From Octopus bimaculoides (taxonomy: Eukaryota), in NCBI RefSeq assembly GCF_001194135.2, contig NC_068982.1, positions 40,231,281-40,279,474 on the forward strand: a stretch of 48,194 nt of DNA, in the 5' to 3' direction. Positions 36,105-48,194 of the stretch are shown here, in pieces. Both the position numbers and the translations under genes were made by a program. Each line of letters begins with the position of its first letter. Position 1 is the first letter of the stretch. The notes beneath the pieces are model-generated. The model saw only the letters and a list, made by a program, of their open reading frames with translations, was not told where the DNA came from and searched no databases.

Positions 36105-36487
36105 TTTTATTCTCCTACTTGCTTCAGTCTTTTAGACTGAGTTCATGCTGGGGGATTTTGCCCCAGAACTTAATTGTTTTAAGCTGGTACATATTGGTGT
36201 CTTTTGCCGAAACGGTAAGTTATGGGGACATAAACAAACCAGCTCCGGTTGTCAATCGATGAAGGGATGCAAACACAAACACAAAAGCTGAAACACACAC
36301 ATACACACACCTATATATGTGTATGTGTGTGACGTGCTTCTTTAGGTTTCCATCTACCAAATTCACTCGCGAGTGTTTGATCGGTCCGGTGCTATAATAG
36401 AAAGAAGTTGCTTAAGGTGGCATGCAGTGGGACTGCACCCGGAACCATGTTGTTAGAAAGCAAACTTCTTACTTCACAGCCATGCCT
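36105..36487 (-). mobile_element. SINE family B, degenerate, near full length
   Basis: Head, CORE region, (CA) tract and 3' part are all alignable to 11916-12332. Confidence 0.82.
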
Positions 36488-37029
36488 GCACCTCCACAGA
36501 GTCACGTCTGAGTTACGAATCAATACTTCGATGATGTGTTCTTTCTTTCCCCTCAAGCTGAGAAAATCTCACATCATTAAAACTTTCCTAATAGTATTCA
36601 ATATATTTATACTTGTACCGTTTGCTTTATTTGATTTATTTCTCACAGCTCAATTTCATATTTGTTTGTTATAGAAATTGGTTGATTCTTACAGCGTTAT
36701 CAGGAGCATCGAAATGATTACAAATTAGTTCAAATGCACCAGAAAAAGTTTGGCGCGGCTTACTTGCATACAGTTTATATTTATAACTATCCATTATAAT
36801 GTTGTCATTTTAGTGCAAGAAGAATCCATATATTGAATCGGAATCCATATAATAACCATGGTTATATTATTTTGCTTGCAATATGTTGGGTAAAAGGTAA
36901 TTTATTAATTGGAGAGAGAAAAAAAAAAGCTAATTGCCTTAGGAGTGTGACAGGGACAGTAAAATGACTGAAAGACTGTTTAGGAAAAAATGATTAATCC
37001 TATCGGAGTCAAGATTTATGAGTATAAGC

Positions 37030-37312
37030 ATATGTATGTATGTATGGATGGATGGATGGATAGATGGATGGATGGATGGACGGATGGATGGATGAATGGA
37101 TGCATGCATGCATGCATCCATACATGCATGTATACATGTATGTAAGTATATACGTGTGTATGTAAGCATGTATGTATTCATGTATGTATGTATGTATGTA
37201 TGTATATATGTATATATGTATGCATACATATGTGTATGTATGTGTGTCTGCATGTATGTATGCATGTATATATTATTACTAGGGGACAAACACTGATATA
37301 CATATATATATT

Positions 37313-37362
<50 letters not shown>

Positions 37363-37420
37363 CAGAAAGACAAACAGACTGACAGACAAACGGAGAAAGA
37401 GAAAGAGTGAGAGAGAGAGT
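37030..37420. repeat. Compound (TGGA)/(TGCA)/(TATG)/(GA) microsatellite
   Basis: Visible runs. Confidence 0.92.
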
Positions 37421-38004
37421 GAAAATCTCATTCTGTAATTTAGAAAGAATATGTGATATTCAATGTTATTTCACAAAATGTGCTTAAATTTGGTGATTAC
37501 CACTGACAAGATTATATTGTTTTTTTGCCCAAATTATGATATTCATAATAATGTATATGAATCATTTAGTTATATCAATACGTTACTTACAAAGAAATGC
37601 TATTATAATGTTTTAGTGTCATAACTGATCTATTCAAATATCATTTATATTGTTATCCACCTAAATTGTATAATCCCATAATAATTAGTATGTTAATAAC
37701 ATTTGTTTAGGTGACGGAAAAGTGACTATAGAATGGACCTGTTTACCCAGATGTAATGTTATAGAGTAAGTGGAAAATGATTGGTAGATTGACATAGAGA
37801 GATGCACCTCCATGAGAGCAAAAATGGGGATATCTTTAGATAGATATATGCAGGGATATTCAGATATATGTACATTAGTGCGGAATAAAAGAATATATAT
37901 GTATAATGAACGTGTAGGAGTGAAAAATTATTGATTTGACATCATGCTATGAATCGAAAGGAATCGTCAGTATGGATATAGATAAATATAGGTGGCAGTG
38001 TGTG

Positions 38005-38007
38005 TAT

Positions 38008-38077
<70 letters not shown>

Positions 38078-38155
38078 TCTGAGAGAGAAAGAGAGAGAGG
38101 GGGAGGGAGAGAGAGAGGGAGAGAGGGAGAGAGAGGGAGAGAGAGAAAGAGAGAT
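38005..38155. repeat. (GATA)n plus GA-rich tract
   Basis: Visible runs. Confidence 0.95.
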
Positions 38156-39685
38156 GCACCGGTGGCGCGCTCGCCTGTATATGTATGGGGAGCGGATGTT
38201 GCTGTCGAATTAACATTTTCCTGTGAGATAACATCAATTAATGACTGGTGGGAACCAAGAACAGCTAGAATTAAGCTTACGAAGAGACTGGCAGACAAGC
38301 TGGTATCTCGCTGGTCTAATAAATTGACAACGTGTCCTTTGAACAAAATGCTTGCAAACTAAAGAGATAAAGAATTTTTCTAGTTTAAATTTTGACAGCA
38401 TGTTAATCTATCTTCATAAAAAGCGAGATCAATTTTTGCTAAACAAAAAAAGAGAAAGAGGTCTTATTAATTTATATTTTATACTATTGATATTTTTTTT
38501 TGTTTCCATTCGTTAATTTTGATCTATTTATTATATAATTTGCATTTTTTGGTCTTTTATTTCCATTAAACAATTTGGTATCGTTTATCACTTGTGTCTA
38601 TTTGAATCTACGCGTTACTCTTTATCAAGAAAATGCTAAGAATATAATATGGTTATAAAACAATGGGAAACTATTGGTGATCCAGCAGTGCTTTCAAAAC
38701 CACTCACCTGATGACGTGCGAGTACACAGCTATTGCTGGATCATATTTATATAATATTTATATAACAATATGTGAAACATGGAACAATTACACGCTGTTA
38801 CAAATGCACAGAAACAATTGTTGTGATTTGGATTAAAACCTGTTTGTAACATTTTCTTGTATTATAAATTATATATAAATGTTCATATATATACATGCAT
38901 ATACATATACATGTGTGTGTGTATAGTATATAATGCGTTTTCTATATAAATATATGAATGTAATATGTATATAAGTATACGTATATATTTACTTATGTGT
39001 ATGCACATAGTCAAACACACACACGCATATATATAATGTGTGTGTATGTAAGTACGTATGTATGTGTGTGCGCGCGTGTGTGTGCGTCTGTGTTTTTTTA
39101 TAGAGATATATGAATGCAACATGTATATAAGTATAGATATACTTATGTGTATGCACATAGTCAAACACACACACATACATATATANNNNNNNNNNNNNNN
39201 NNNNNNNNNNNNNNNNNNNNNNNNNNNNNNNNTGTGTGTATGTATGTACGTACGTATGTATGTGTGTGTGTTTGTGTGTGCGTGTGTGTGTGTGTATGTG
39301 TGTGTCCGTGCGTCCGTGCGTTCGTGTGTACTTAAATGGAAGAGAAATGACTGCTTCAATTTACGCTGCAAACAAGAGAATGAGATTTTTACTTCCTGCT
39401 CAATAAACGATCCAGACATGCTTGTTATCTCGTCCTACCCTGATAAACCTCGCACCTCCACGGTATTATTGATTTTATGCTCTTTACTGCTGCTCTAAAA
39501 TACCGTTCACCTGATCATAAAAAAAAGAGAAATGTGGTAACTTTGTTATTCCATTCATTTCCTTTTGATCGTTTGACAGCGTAAAATCTCACGTTTTTCT
39601 TTTTTTTTTTTGTTCCGTCCTTTCTCTCGTATTTATTCGTCTCTCTTTCTTCTTCTCACTCTCTCTCTCATTCTATTTCTGCCTA

Positions 39686-39722
<37 letters not shown>

Positions 39723-41139
39723 TTCTATCATTCATTCTTTCTCTCTCAACTGTTTCTCTTTCTCTCTTCTCTCTCATAAATAACCCAGAATAAGTCTTCC
39801 AGTTTTATTTTTTATCTTTCTCCTTCACACATATCTTTCTCCGTCCATCACACATTTTACACAGCAACATACTTTCTATCGATTCCCTTTCCATTTTCCG
39901 TCTTCTTCTGCTCATATTAGTATTTTACTCACTTTAGCTAAATTGCATATACTTTCACATCTCACTCTTCTCACTCTCTGTACAGCTTTTCCCCCACCTT
40001 CATACTTTCCCCTTCGTGAAATATTTCACTATTCCTTAATCTTTTGCTGTGTAGCTTTCCAGTTAATTCTGCTTATTTTCTTCCACCCAGCATCATTAAT
40101 CTTTCGTTTCCTCTACTCTTTTTATCTTTCTATTAATATATCTTCCAATTTCTCTCTATTTCTCTTTTTCTCTCTTCCTGTCTTTTTCCATCTCTCTCTT
40201 TGTCTCTCCCCCCCCCCCTCTCTTTCACTTACTTAAAACGCGTATTCATATGAACATGCAAGCACACATTCATAAACACAAATGTCGACTATGATGACAT
40301 CATCTTAAATAAATGACACACACTATTTGCTAAATATTGAAAAATGTTCACTCCATAAAACTCTTCGTTTTAGTTATGGACTTAATGTATTTTTCGCTAT
40401 TTTAGAGAAAAATGTTGCTCTTTTTATAATTGAAATTCACTAACTAAAGGTAGCATTTTTTTATCAATTTTATTTTAATCATTAGTTACTTTCATCTCAC
40501 CGCACTACGCTTGATGGACACATTGAAATTAACCCATAATTAGGCATAATGCTCCTGGATATGATATAATAGAGAGATAATTGAGCAAGTAGTGCACTCC
40601 TCTAATAATTACATGATTTCCATACTTGAAATATTGTATTTTTATCTGATCTGCAGGTTTATATTCTGCACATAACAAGGAAAATACATATAATACGATA
40701 TCTCAAAATTATATGCGATGCCATAACTGAGAGCTTATCTGCATTTTGTATATATTTGTCATAATCAACCTTTTGAAGCGTTGGAGCTTTACGGAGAGAA
40801 GTAAGACGCTTTTGTAAAGCATTTACATGTCTTTAGCACTACGTCTAGAAATTAGAAGTTCAAATACAGCTGGTTCGATTTCGTTCATTAATCAGTCCAG
40901 AATGAAGAACCCGTAGTATACTAGCGCTTTAGATTCAACTGAATATCCGCCTATATTAGAAAAATTTGGCTTAGGCATCAGAAGCGAGCGAGATAACTAC
41001 TTATTTCTCAGTTAATATGCGTGTGTGTGATGTGTGTGTGTCTGTGTGTGTGTGTGTGTGTGTGTGTATTTTGTATGTATGCAGATGTTGCGTGAATATA
41101 TGTATATAAATGTGCCCTTATGTATGCACGTGTATAAGA

Positions 41140-41141
41140 TG

Positions 41142-41204
<63 letters not shown>

Positions 41205-41205
41205 G
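41140..41205. repeat. (GATA)n
   Basis: Visible run. Confidence 0.96.
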
Positions 41206-44200
41206 TGAAGAGAGAGGGAGAGAGGTTGGTCTATATAATCTTCATGTGATCTGTTGTAGCCGTGATCGAGAACACACATGATTAAAAGTGTTCCCGTCGT
41301 GACCATGAAGTCTTTGTTTAGCCCCATATCTGCTCCGGTCAAGCAAGCCTATGATCAAAGGAGTTTCGATAGTGGTCATACTGTTTTTTGGTTTGTTTTT
41401 GCTTTATTTTTTTATCCTTTCCTTTTATGACACTAGCTTGCTATTTATTCATCGACTCATTCTATATTCACTTCCACATTTGATTACATATGTGAGAGAA
41501 AAATAACGTAGATAAATAAAACCCTGTAACGGTAATCATTGTTTAAAAAAAAACTCATACTTTAATGTTACAGATAAACTCAAATATCAATTTCTGTGTA
41601 TCTCGTGGTTTTCTATCGGAAAACAGCAACATCTGTCAATGGTTTATTGACTCTTTTGAATCTAGTTGAAGTGGGTGGCGTCATATCTGATAATGTGTAA
41701 CTCTGCGGGATTAGCGACGTGGGGAAAATATACTAACTAGATACAGGAATCGAAAACCGATCCTAGATCAGTTGGTGGGAACTTTTTTGAATATATGAAA
41801 TACTTGAGACGTTATTGTGTCGTTCTAATTTGATGCTGATACGTAAGACCTGGTAGTTTAATTCGAAATATATATATATAGAGAGAGAGAGAGACACTAC
41901 TAAGAATGGTACAACCGCGAAAATAAATATATTTGGTTAAGACTTATCTCGTACTCCAGTCTCTGATTCGAAAAGGAGATCACCTTTTCTCGACAAAGAA
42001 ACCATGAAGAAAGAATGAATTCATGTCTCCTGTAACTGGAAAAAAATCTCGATGCTTGAAAGCTATTGCTTAAATAAAAAAAAATAAAATAAAATGTTCT
42101 CAGATATATTCGTGTCACCTGCAGCTGAATAGATATGAAAATCATCCGACGTGGAATGAAAACTTATATGATTAGGAGCTGAATTTATTCCATTCCTTAT
42201 GATTCTTCTGACGAAGCAAGGTGATTCTGTGGCGAGACTTGGCCAGTGTAAGAGATAAGATTAATCCAGTTATTTATATTCCGCCTGTATAAAGAAATAA
42301 GGTTAATCCATTTATTTATATTCTGTTCCAAATGTAATGTATATAATTATTTGCATATTGCGTTGAACAGTTAAAATATGTCGGGCAAAGTGATGATATA
42401 TGCATGTCTTTATGAACCACACAAGCGAATGAGACTTGTTAGCGTGTACATGCGTTAGCTAATTGTTTTAGATGGCCGTGTAGTTACAAGGAGACAACAC
42501 AACCATCTAAAACCGTCTTGGCTCTCCCACTCATTTAGACAGAGGGATATCGAGGAAATAAGAGATCGAAAGAAAGTCAGAGCTAGACAAGCATTGAGCT
42601 GGTAAACATTTTCATATGAGTAATGAAATTTCTTCCCAAGGCCAAAAGGCATATATAATTCAGAATTATTGCTACGGTGCTATAAACACAAGCACAATCC
42701 CCTAATTATTTGCNNNNNNNNNNNNNNNNNNNNNNNNNNNNNNNNNNNNNNNNNNNNNNNNNNNNNNNNNNNNNNNNNNNNNNNNNNNNNNNNNNNNNNN
42801 NNNNNNNNNNNNNNNNNNNNNNNNNNNNNNNNNNNNNNNNNNNNNNNNNNNNNNNNNNNNNNNNNNNNNNNNNNNNNNNNNNNNNNNNNNNNNNNNNNNN
42901 NNNNNNNNNNNNNNNNNNNNNNNNNNNNNNNNNNNNNNNNNNNNNNNNNNNNNNNNNNNNNNNNNNNNNNNNNNNNNNNNNNNNNNNNNNNNNNNNNNNN
43001 NNNNNNNNNNNNNNNNNNTTTTTTCAGCTTTATATTACATTAATCTTAATCTTAATCTTATTTCGGCCAGAGTTCTTTCGTCACACTTCTGTGACCTCAT
43101 CAGTGGTCCTTTGTTTCCTTCTTTCTTATGTGTGTCTCACCTTGCTAACTATCAGCCATTTTGTTGCAAAACAAATATATATATACATACATATATAAGA
43201 ATGTATACGTGTATATGTGTGTGCGTATGTAATTTTCTTTTCCTCAATTCAAATATTGTTATTGATTCTGTGAGCATCATAGCATATATATTTAATATAC
43301 ATCTTTGGATTGATGAAGTGTCCCTTTAATAATTGACCTACATATAACCAATCATTCTTTGGTTAATTAAGTGGTGTAACATTTACACCGCTGCTCGAAC
43401 ACTATCGTAGTCAGTATCCCACGAGAAGTGCTACTGTGGTGACTGCCTACATTTTTCTTATCCCTTAAATATGTAACATGTGTGTATGCATAGATATGTA
43501 CACACAAACACATACACACACTGAGACACAGATATTGGTTCACGATCAATTACTATGTAATATATTACGCTCATAAGGCATTGAATTTGTCTGAGCCTTT
43601 AATAGGAGATACAAGATACAACGAAATGAAATCAAAACTGGAGCCAGATGATAGCAGATCTAACTACACATCGATGCCTTTATCCTTAATGTAATCGGGA
43701 GTGAATGTCTTATTTGATTTATGCTGGTATGTCCGTCTGCGAAAACATTCAAGTTTATATCTAACACGTTTTGATCTGCTGTTTCTGATCTGTTGAATTC
43801 GTTATGTTATTCAGTTGAAACTGTGATAAGTGTTTACTGATGTATGCAGCAATACTAAAAAATAAAAAGACCTTCTGCATATTTCATAAGCTTTGTATTT
43901 AAAATCCAATGTTTTCTTCTATGTATGAGAACTCAAATAGTCTATTATTTCATACAGAAAGAGCTATATATTATCTCTGTATATATTTCTGCGTGTACAT
44001 ATATACAGAGAGTTTCTGTGTTCTCTCACTGACGTTTGCCTCAATGTCTTCTTGTTTTAATGGAAATAAACGTTAGCGGGTCTGTACTGATTACTCTGAT
44101 GTCGATGCCTCATATGGCTTTTCTTTAATACTGGAAACTACAATACCTTCTGACGTAAAATCAGAAACACAGAATATTGATTTAGTATTATTGTTATTAA

Positions 44201-45563
44201 TTTTTCTTTTTTTTTTTCTTTTTTGTTAATTTCTGATATGCAAAAGACGTTTGAAAAGATTCGTGAGGGCAGAAAGCTATTTAGTTCAAGAGATGAAATA
44301 ATAAAATAATAAATCTATCTTCTCTTTGTATTCCTTCTCTCACTCAATCTATTAGCCTCCTTTCTCTCTATTTCTTTTTCCCCCGCTATTCCTCTCACTC
44401 TCTCTCTCTCTCTCTCTCTGTATCATAGATAAAGAAAGAGAGATCTATCGATCTATCTATCTATCTGTTTGTCTGTCTATCTGTCTATCTGTCTATCTAT
44501 CTCACACTTTGTCCTGCTAGCCATCTATCTTTTTTCTTGCTATCTCATACGGAGATACATCGATGCAAGAAACAGAATATATATACATTTACTTTCCTTT
44601 GTACAAACTCACTGTTTCTCTCTTTATACTTATGTAAATCTCGTTTCTCTTTTTCCTCCCCTTACTCCTCCTCTATTTCTCTTTGAATTATTTATTAAGT
44701 CAAACATTACCCCGGTCCAATCAATCTTATCGCAACTCCTCAATACAAAATGTTAAGTATTTCCGATCTCCAAATGCAATTCCAATCAGAATAACATAGC
44801 ACTCAAACACACACACAANNNNNNNNNNNNNNNNNNNNNNNNNNNNNNNNNNNNNNNNNNNNNNNNNNNNNNNNNNNNNNNNNNNNNNNNNNNNNNNNNN
44901 NNNNNNNNNNNNNNNNNNNNNNNNNNNNNNNNNNNNNNNNNNNNNNNNNNNNNNNNNNNNNNNNNNNNNNNNNNNNNNNNNNNNNNNNNNNNNNNNNNNN
45001 NNNNNNNNNNNNNNNNNNNNNNNNNNNNNNNNNNNNNNNNNNNNNNNNNNNNNNNNNNNNNNNNNNNNNNNNNNNNNNNNNNNNNNNNNNNNNNNNNNNN
45101 NNNNNNNNNNNNNNNNNNNNNNNNNNNNNNNNNNNNNNNNNNNNNNNNNNNNNNNNNNNNNNNNNNNNNNNNNNNNNNNNNNNNNNNNNNNNNNNNNNNN
45201 NNNNNNNNNATATATATATATATATATATACATATGTATGTATATATACATAAATACATAGTTATATATATACATATATGCATATGTATACAGACATATA
45301 TACATACATATGCAATGCATATGTGTGTGTGTGTGTGTGTGCGTGTGTGTGTGTGTGAATATATATGTCTGAATAATATGCCTTTGTATAGGCACACACG
45401 AACATAAACCCTCACATACGAAGACATATAAAGACCCACATACACACACGCACACACAACCTCACATGCATATATACATATATATATTATTTATATGTAT
45501 GCATATATAAACTCTCGTATATTCCACCTTCTATCTTTCATTTGCCATATATATATATATATG

Positions 45564-45606
<43 letters not shown>

Positions 45607-46249
45607 ATATATAGCTATATATATTTATATATATATGATTATGGTTTTATGTATGTATATATATAGCTATCTATTGTTGTTCGGCATCCGAAAATGAAGA
45701 GAGACCCTTTTAATGTACATAATAGATTATTGACATAATCTTGGTGTCGATCAATTAGCTTTGATTTAAGAGGTTTCTGTGTAAATGAAAGGTCACTTGA
45801 AAACCAGTGAAAACCTTTCGATAAAGCAACGTTCTCCACTGAATTTCTAACTTAATTAATAACTAAGATGATTGATGCAGGACGCTACTTTTCTTATTAT
45901 TAAGAAATTATAATGGTATCGACTGCTTAGTAGAGCAAAATGATCAATTGTACAATAAAAATAGAGATTGCACTTGATGGAGCTTTTGTGAAAGCTTTGT
46001 ACTCTAAGCTAGGTATTGGCAAAAAAATAAATGACAACTGAAAGGTTTCACTAATTTTATTGCTGTCAGAACTCTGAAATTTTAATAAAAACCGCTTTTC
46101 ATAAATTTGCAGTAGTAAAACAGAAAATGAGCTTCGTTTCCTCCCAACTTACCAGCCAAAAGCCTTGTCGTTATAGTTGATATTGCTATCTGTTTACCGT
46201 GATAATATGATCGCATACTTGTCCACTTAGAACTCTGAGACTTTCTTCT

Positions 46250-46550
46250 ATCTGTCTCTCTCTTTCTCTCTCTCTCTCACTCCATCTCTCTCTCTTTCGC
46301 TCTCTCACCCTCACCAAATCTTCCTCTCATTCCATCTCTCTCTCTCTCATTCAATCTCTCTCTCACTCAATCTCTCTCTCACACACACACACTCACATGA
46401 AACTGCATAACTAACATTTCTTCTTCTTCATCATCTTTTTCTTCTTCATCATCATCATCATCTTCATGTATCTTCTCTCCTTCTTCATCTCCTCTTCCTC
46501 CTCCTTCTTCGACTTCCTCTTCTTCTTCATCTACTTCCTTTTCTTCATCT
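46250..46550. repeat. (CT)/(CA)/(TCT)/(TCA) pyrimidine-rich low complexity
   Basis: Visible runs. Confidence 0.9.
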
Positions 46551-47055
46551 TCAAGCGGCCGAAACCAAGACGTGTTTTACTATGCCGTCTATCTTCCCAC
46601 AGAAACGTCCATCCTCCCCCACCCCGACAATCCTTGATCAGCCTCCAGTTTCACGTTATATATCTCTACCTCTGCCAATAACATCAGTATAGGTAAGTAG
46701 CCTTCCTCCTGTATGGCGGTCTCCAAAACATAAAACCTTATATGCTCTGGTATTCAGCATCATAACAGTGAACAGAAGATGCTTACTCAGTGTTTAGCAG
46801 CATTAATAGAGATGGGGAGAATGTATCCATAAGCCTTTTTGGTCTTGTGATTATTCCTTGAAAGGCTTGGCATAAGAATTGTGACAGAACCAAATATCCA
46901 GAATGTTATACTGAGAATACTCGCTATTTTACACGATTGCATCAATATCAGTTGTTAAACAGTGATACAAATTATATGAAAGATCAAACCGTAGAATGAG
47001 ATAAGTAATTTAATTTTGAAATTAGTCTATAGTTTCCTGATATATTCGTTGAGAT

Positions 47056-47441
47056 TGTTGTTGGCACTCCGTCGCTTACGACGTCGAGGTTTCCAGTTGA
47101 TCCGATCAACGGAACAGCCTGCTCGTGAAATTAACGTGCAAGTGGCTGAGCACTCCACAGACACGTGTACCCTTAACGTAGTTCTCGGGGATATTCAGCG
47201 TGACACAGTGTGACAAGGCTGACCCTTTGAATTACAGGCACAACAGAAACAGGAAGTAAGAGTGAGAGAAAGTTCTGGTGAAAGAGTACAGCAGGGTTCG
47301 CCACCATCTCCTGCCGGAGCCTCATGGAGCTTTAGGTGTTTTTCACTCAATAAACAATCACAACGCCCGGTCTTGGAATCGAAACAGCGATCCTATGATC
47401 GCGAGTCCGCTGCCCTAACCACTGGGCTATTGCGCCTCCAC
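47056..47441 (-). mobile_element. Full-length SINE family C with perfect 12-bp TSD
   Basis: ATTCGTTGAGAT at 47044-47055 and 47442-47453. tRNA-like head GTGGAGGCGCAATAGCCCAGTGGTTAGGGCAGCGGACTC and a (CAA)n tail. Confidence 0.93.
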
Positions 47442-47915
47442 ATTCGTTGAGATATACAGTATTCTAATGGTAAAATAAGTTACGTCTATCGCCAGTATTT
47501 CAATGGCTTCTATGAGAGAAAGATGGGACAGATTCTTTGTTTATATTTGTTAGGTTCCCTTGACACAATGCATAAAATATCAGCGATCTTCAGTATTCTG
47601 ATTTTGAACCGTTTCAAGCATCAATTGAATCTGATGTGAACTTAAGACAAAGTTTTTAAAATAGTCCCTTTATGGTCTTACTGTCAATGTTCTTGAATAG
47701 AGTAAATTAATTAAATTAAACATACTATCTAGAAATGTAAATAAAATCACAGTCTGTAAAATTTTCGATTTCTTTTGAAACGGAAGCAGCTAAGTGGAAA
47801 ACAATGCTTCTAGCTTAATAGAATTGATTTCTTGCACAGACGAGAAAGTTCTGAAATCAGTAATTATAAACGTTATAAAACTTACTATATGGTTTCAGAT
47901 GACCAAACCAGAGAG

Positions 47916-48194
<279 letters not shown>

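Larger units (their letters stand above)
2781..45209. other. Eight assembly gaps: 2781-2914, 8784-9545, 10284-10823, 16668-17667, 28231-28418, 39186-39232, 42714-43018, 44819-45209
   Basis: N runs, most abutting microsatellites, as in a short-read scaffold. Confidence 0.99.

Noticed and set aside
38162-38362. 66-aa ORF after a GA tract
   Set aside because: It depends on a GTG start and has no recognisable domain or splice context.
38951-39270. ~156-bp tandem duplication
   Set aside because: It is real in the text but microsatellite-rich and spans an N gap, so it may be a haplotype or overlap artefact.
43974-44011. Perfect 13-bp stem hairpin
   Set aside because: About half the stem is (TA)n, so it is expected by chance in this composition.
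106-47441. tRNA genes
   Set aside because: All A/B-box motifs belong to SINE heads continuing into SINE bodies; no complete cloverleaf was seen.

Overview
Strongly AT-rich eukaryotic DNA, dense in microsatellites and with 8 scaffold gaps. The tRNA-derived SINE families and repeat style point to a coleoid cephalopod (Octopus-like). This is an inference from repeat content, not a database hit. I found no host protein-coding exon I can support: the supplied ORFs are microsatellite/N read-through or decayed retroelement frames, so the window looks intergenic or deep intronic. It contains about 20 SINE copies of three families, an old R4/Dong-clade LINE broken into collinear pieces (482-4935), younger Dong-like pieces sitting in (TAA)n tracts, Penelope-like, RTE and other RLE-LINE remnants, and MITE/foldback elements. 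The most interesting object is a 610-bp insertion with a 12-bp TSD (3592-4201). It is built from a ~352-nt circularly permuted unit and carries two inverted, decayed copies of a minimal type I hammerhead ribozyme, making it a candidate retrozyme or Penelope pLTR-type element. Second is a TSD-flanked chimeric SINE insertion (7037-7633) that copied ~200 bp from a locus 2.9 kb away. Coordinates of degenerate elements are approximate (about +/-10-30 bp), and all alignments were done by eye.
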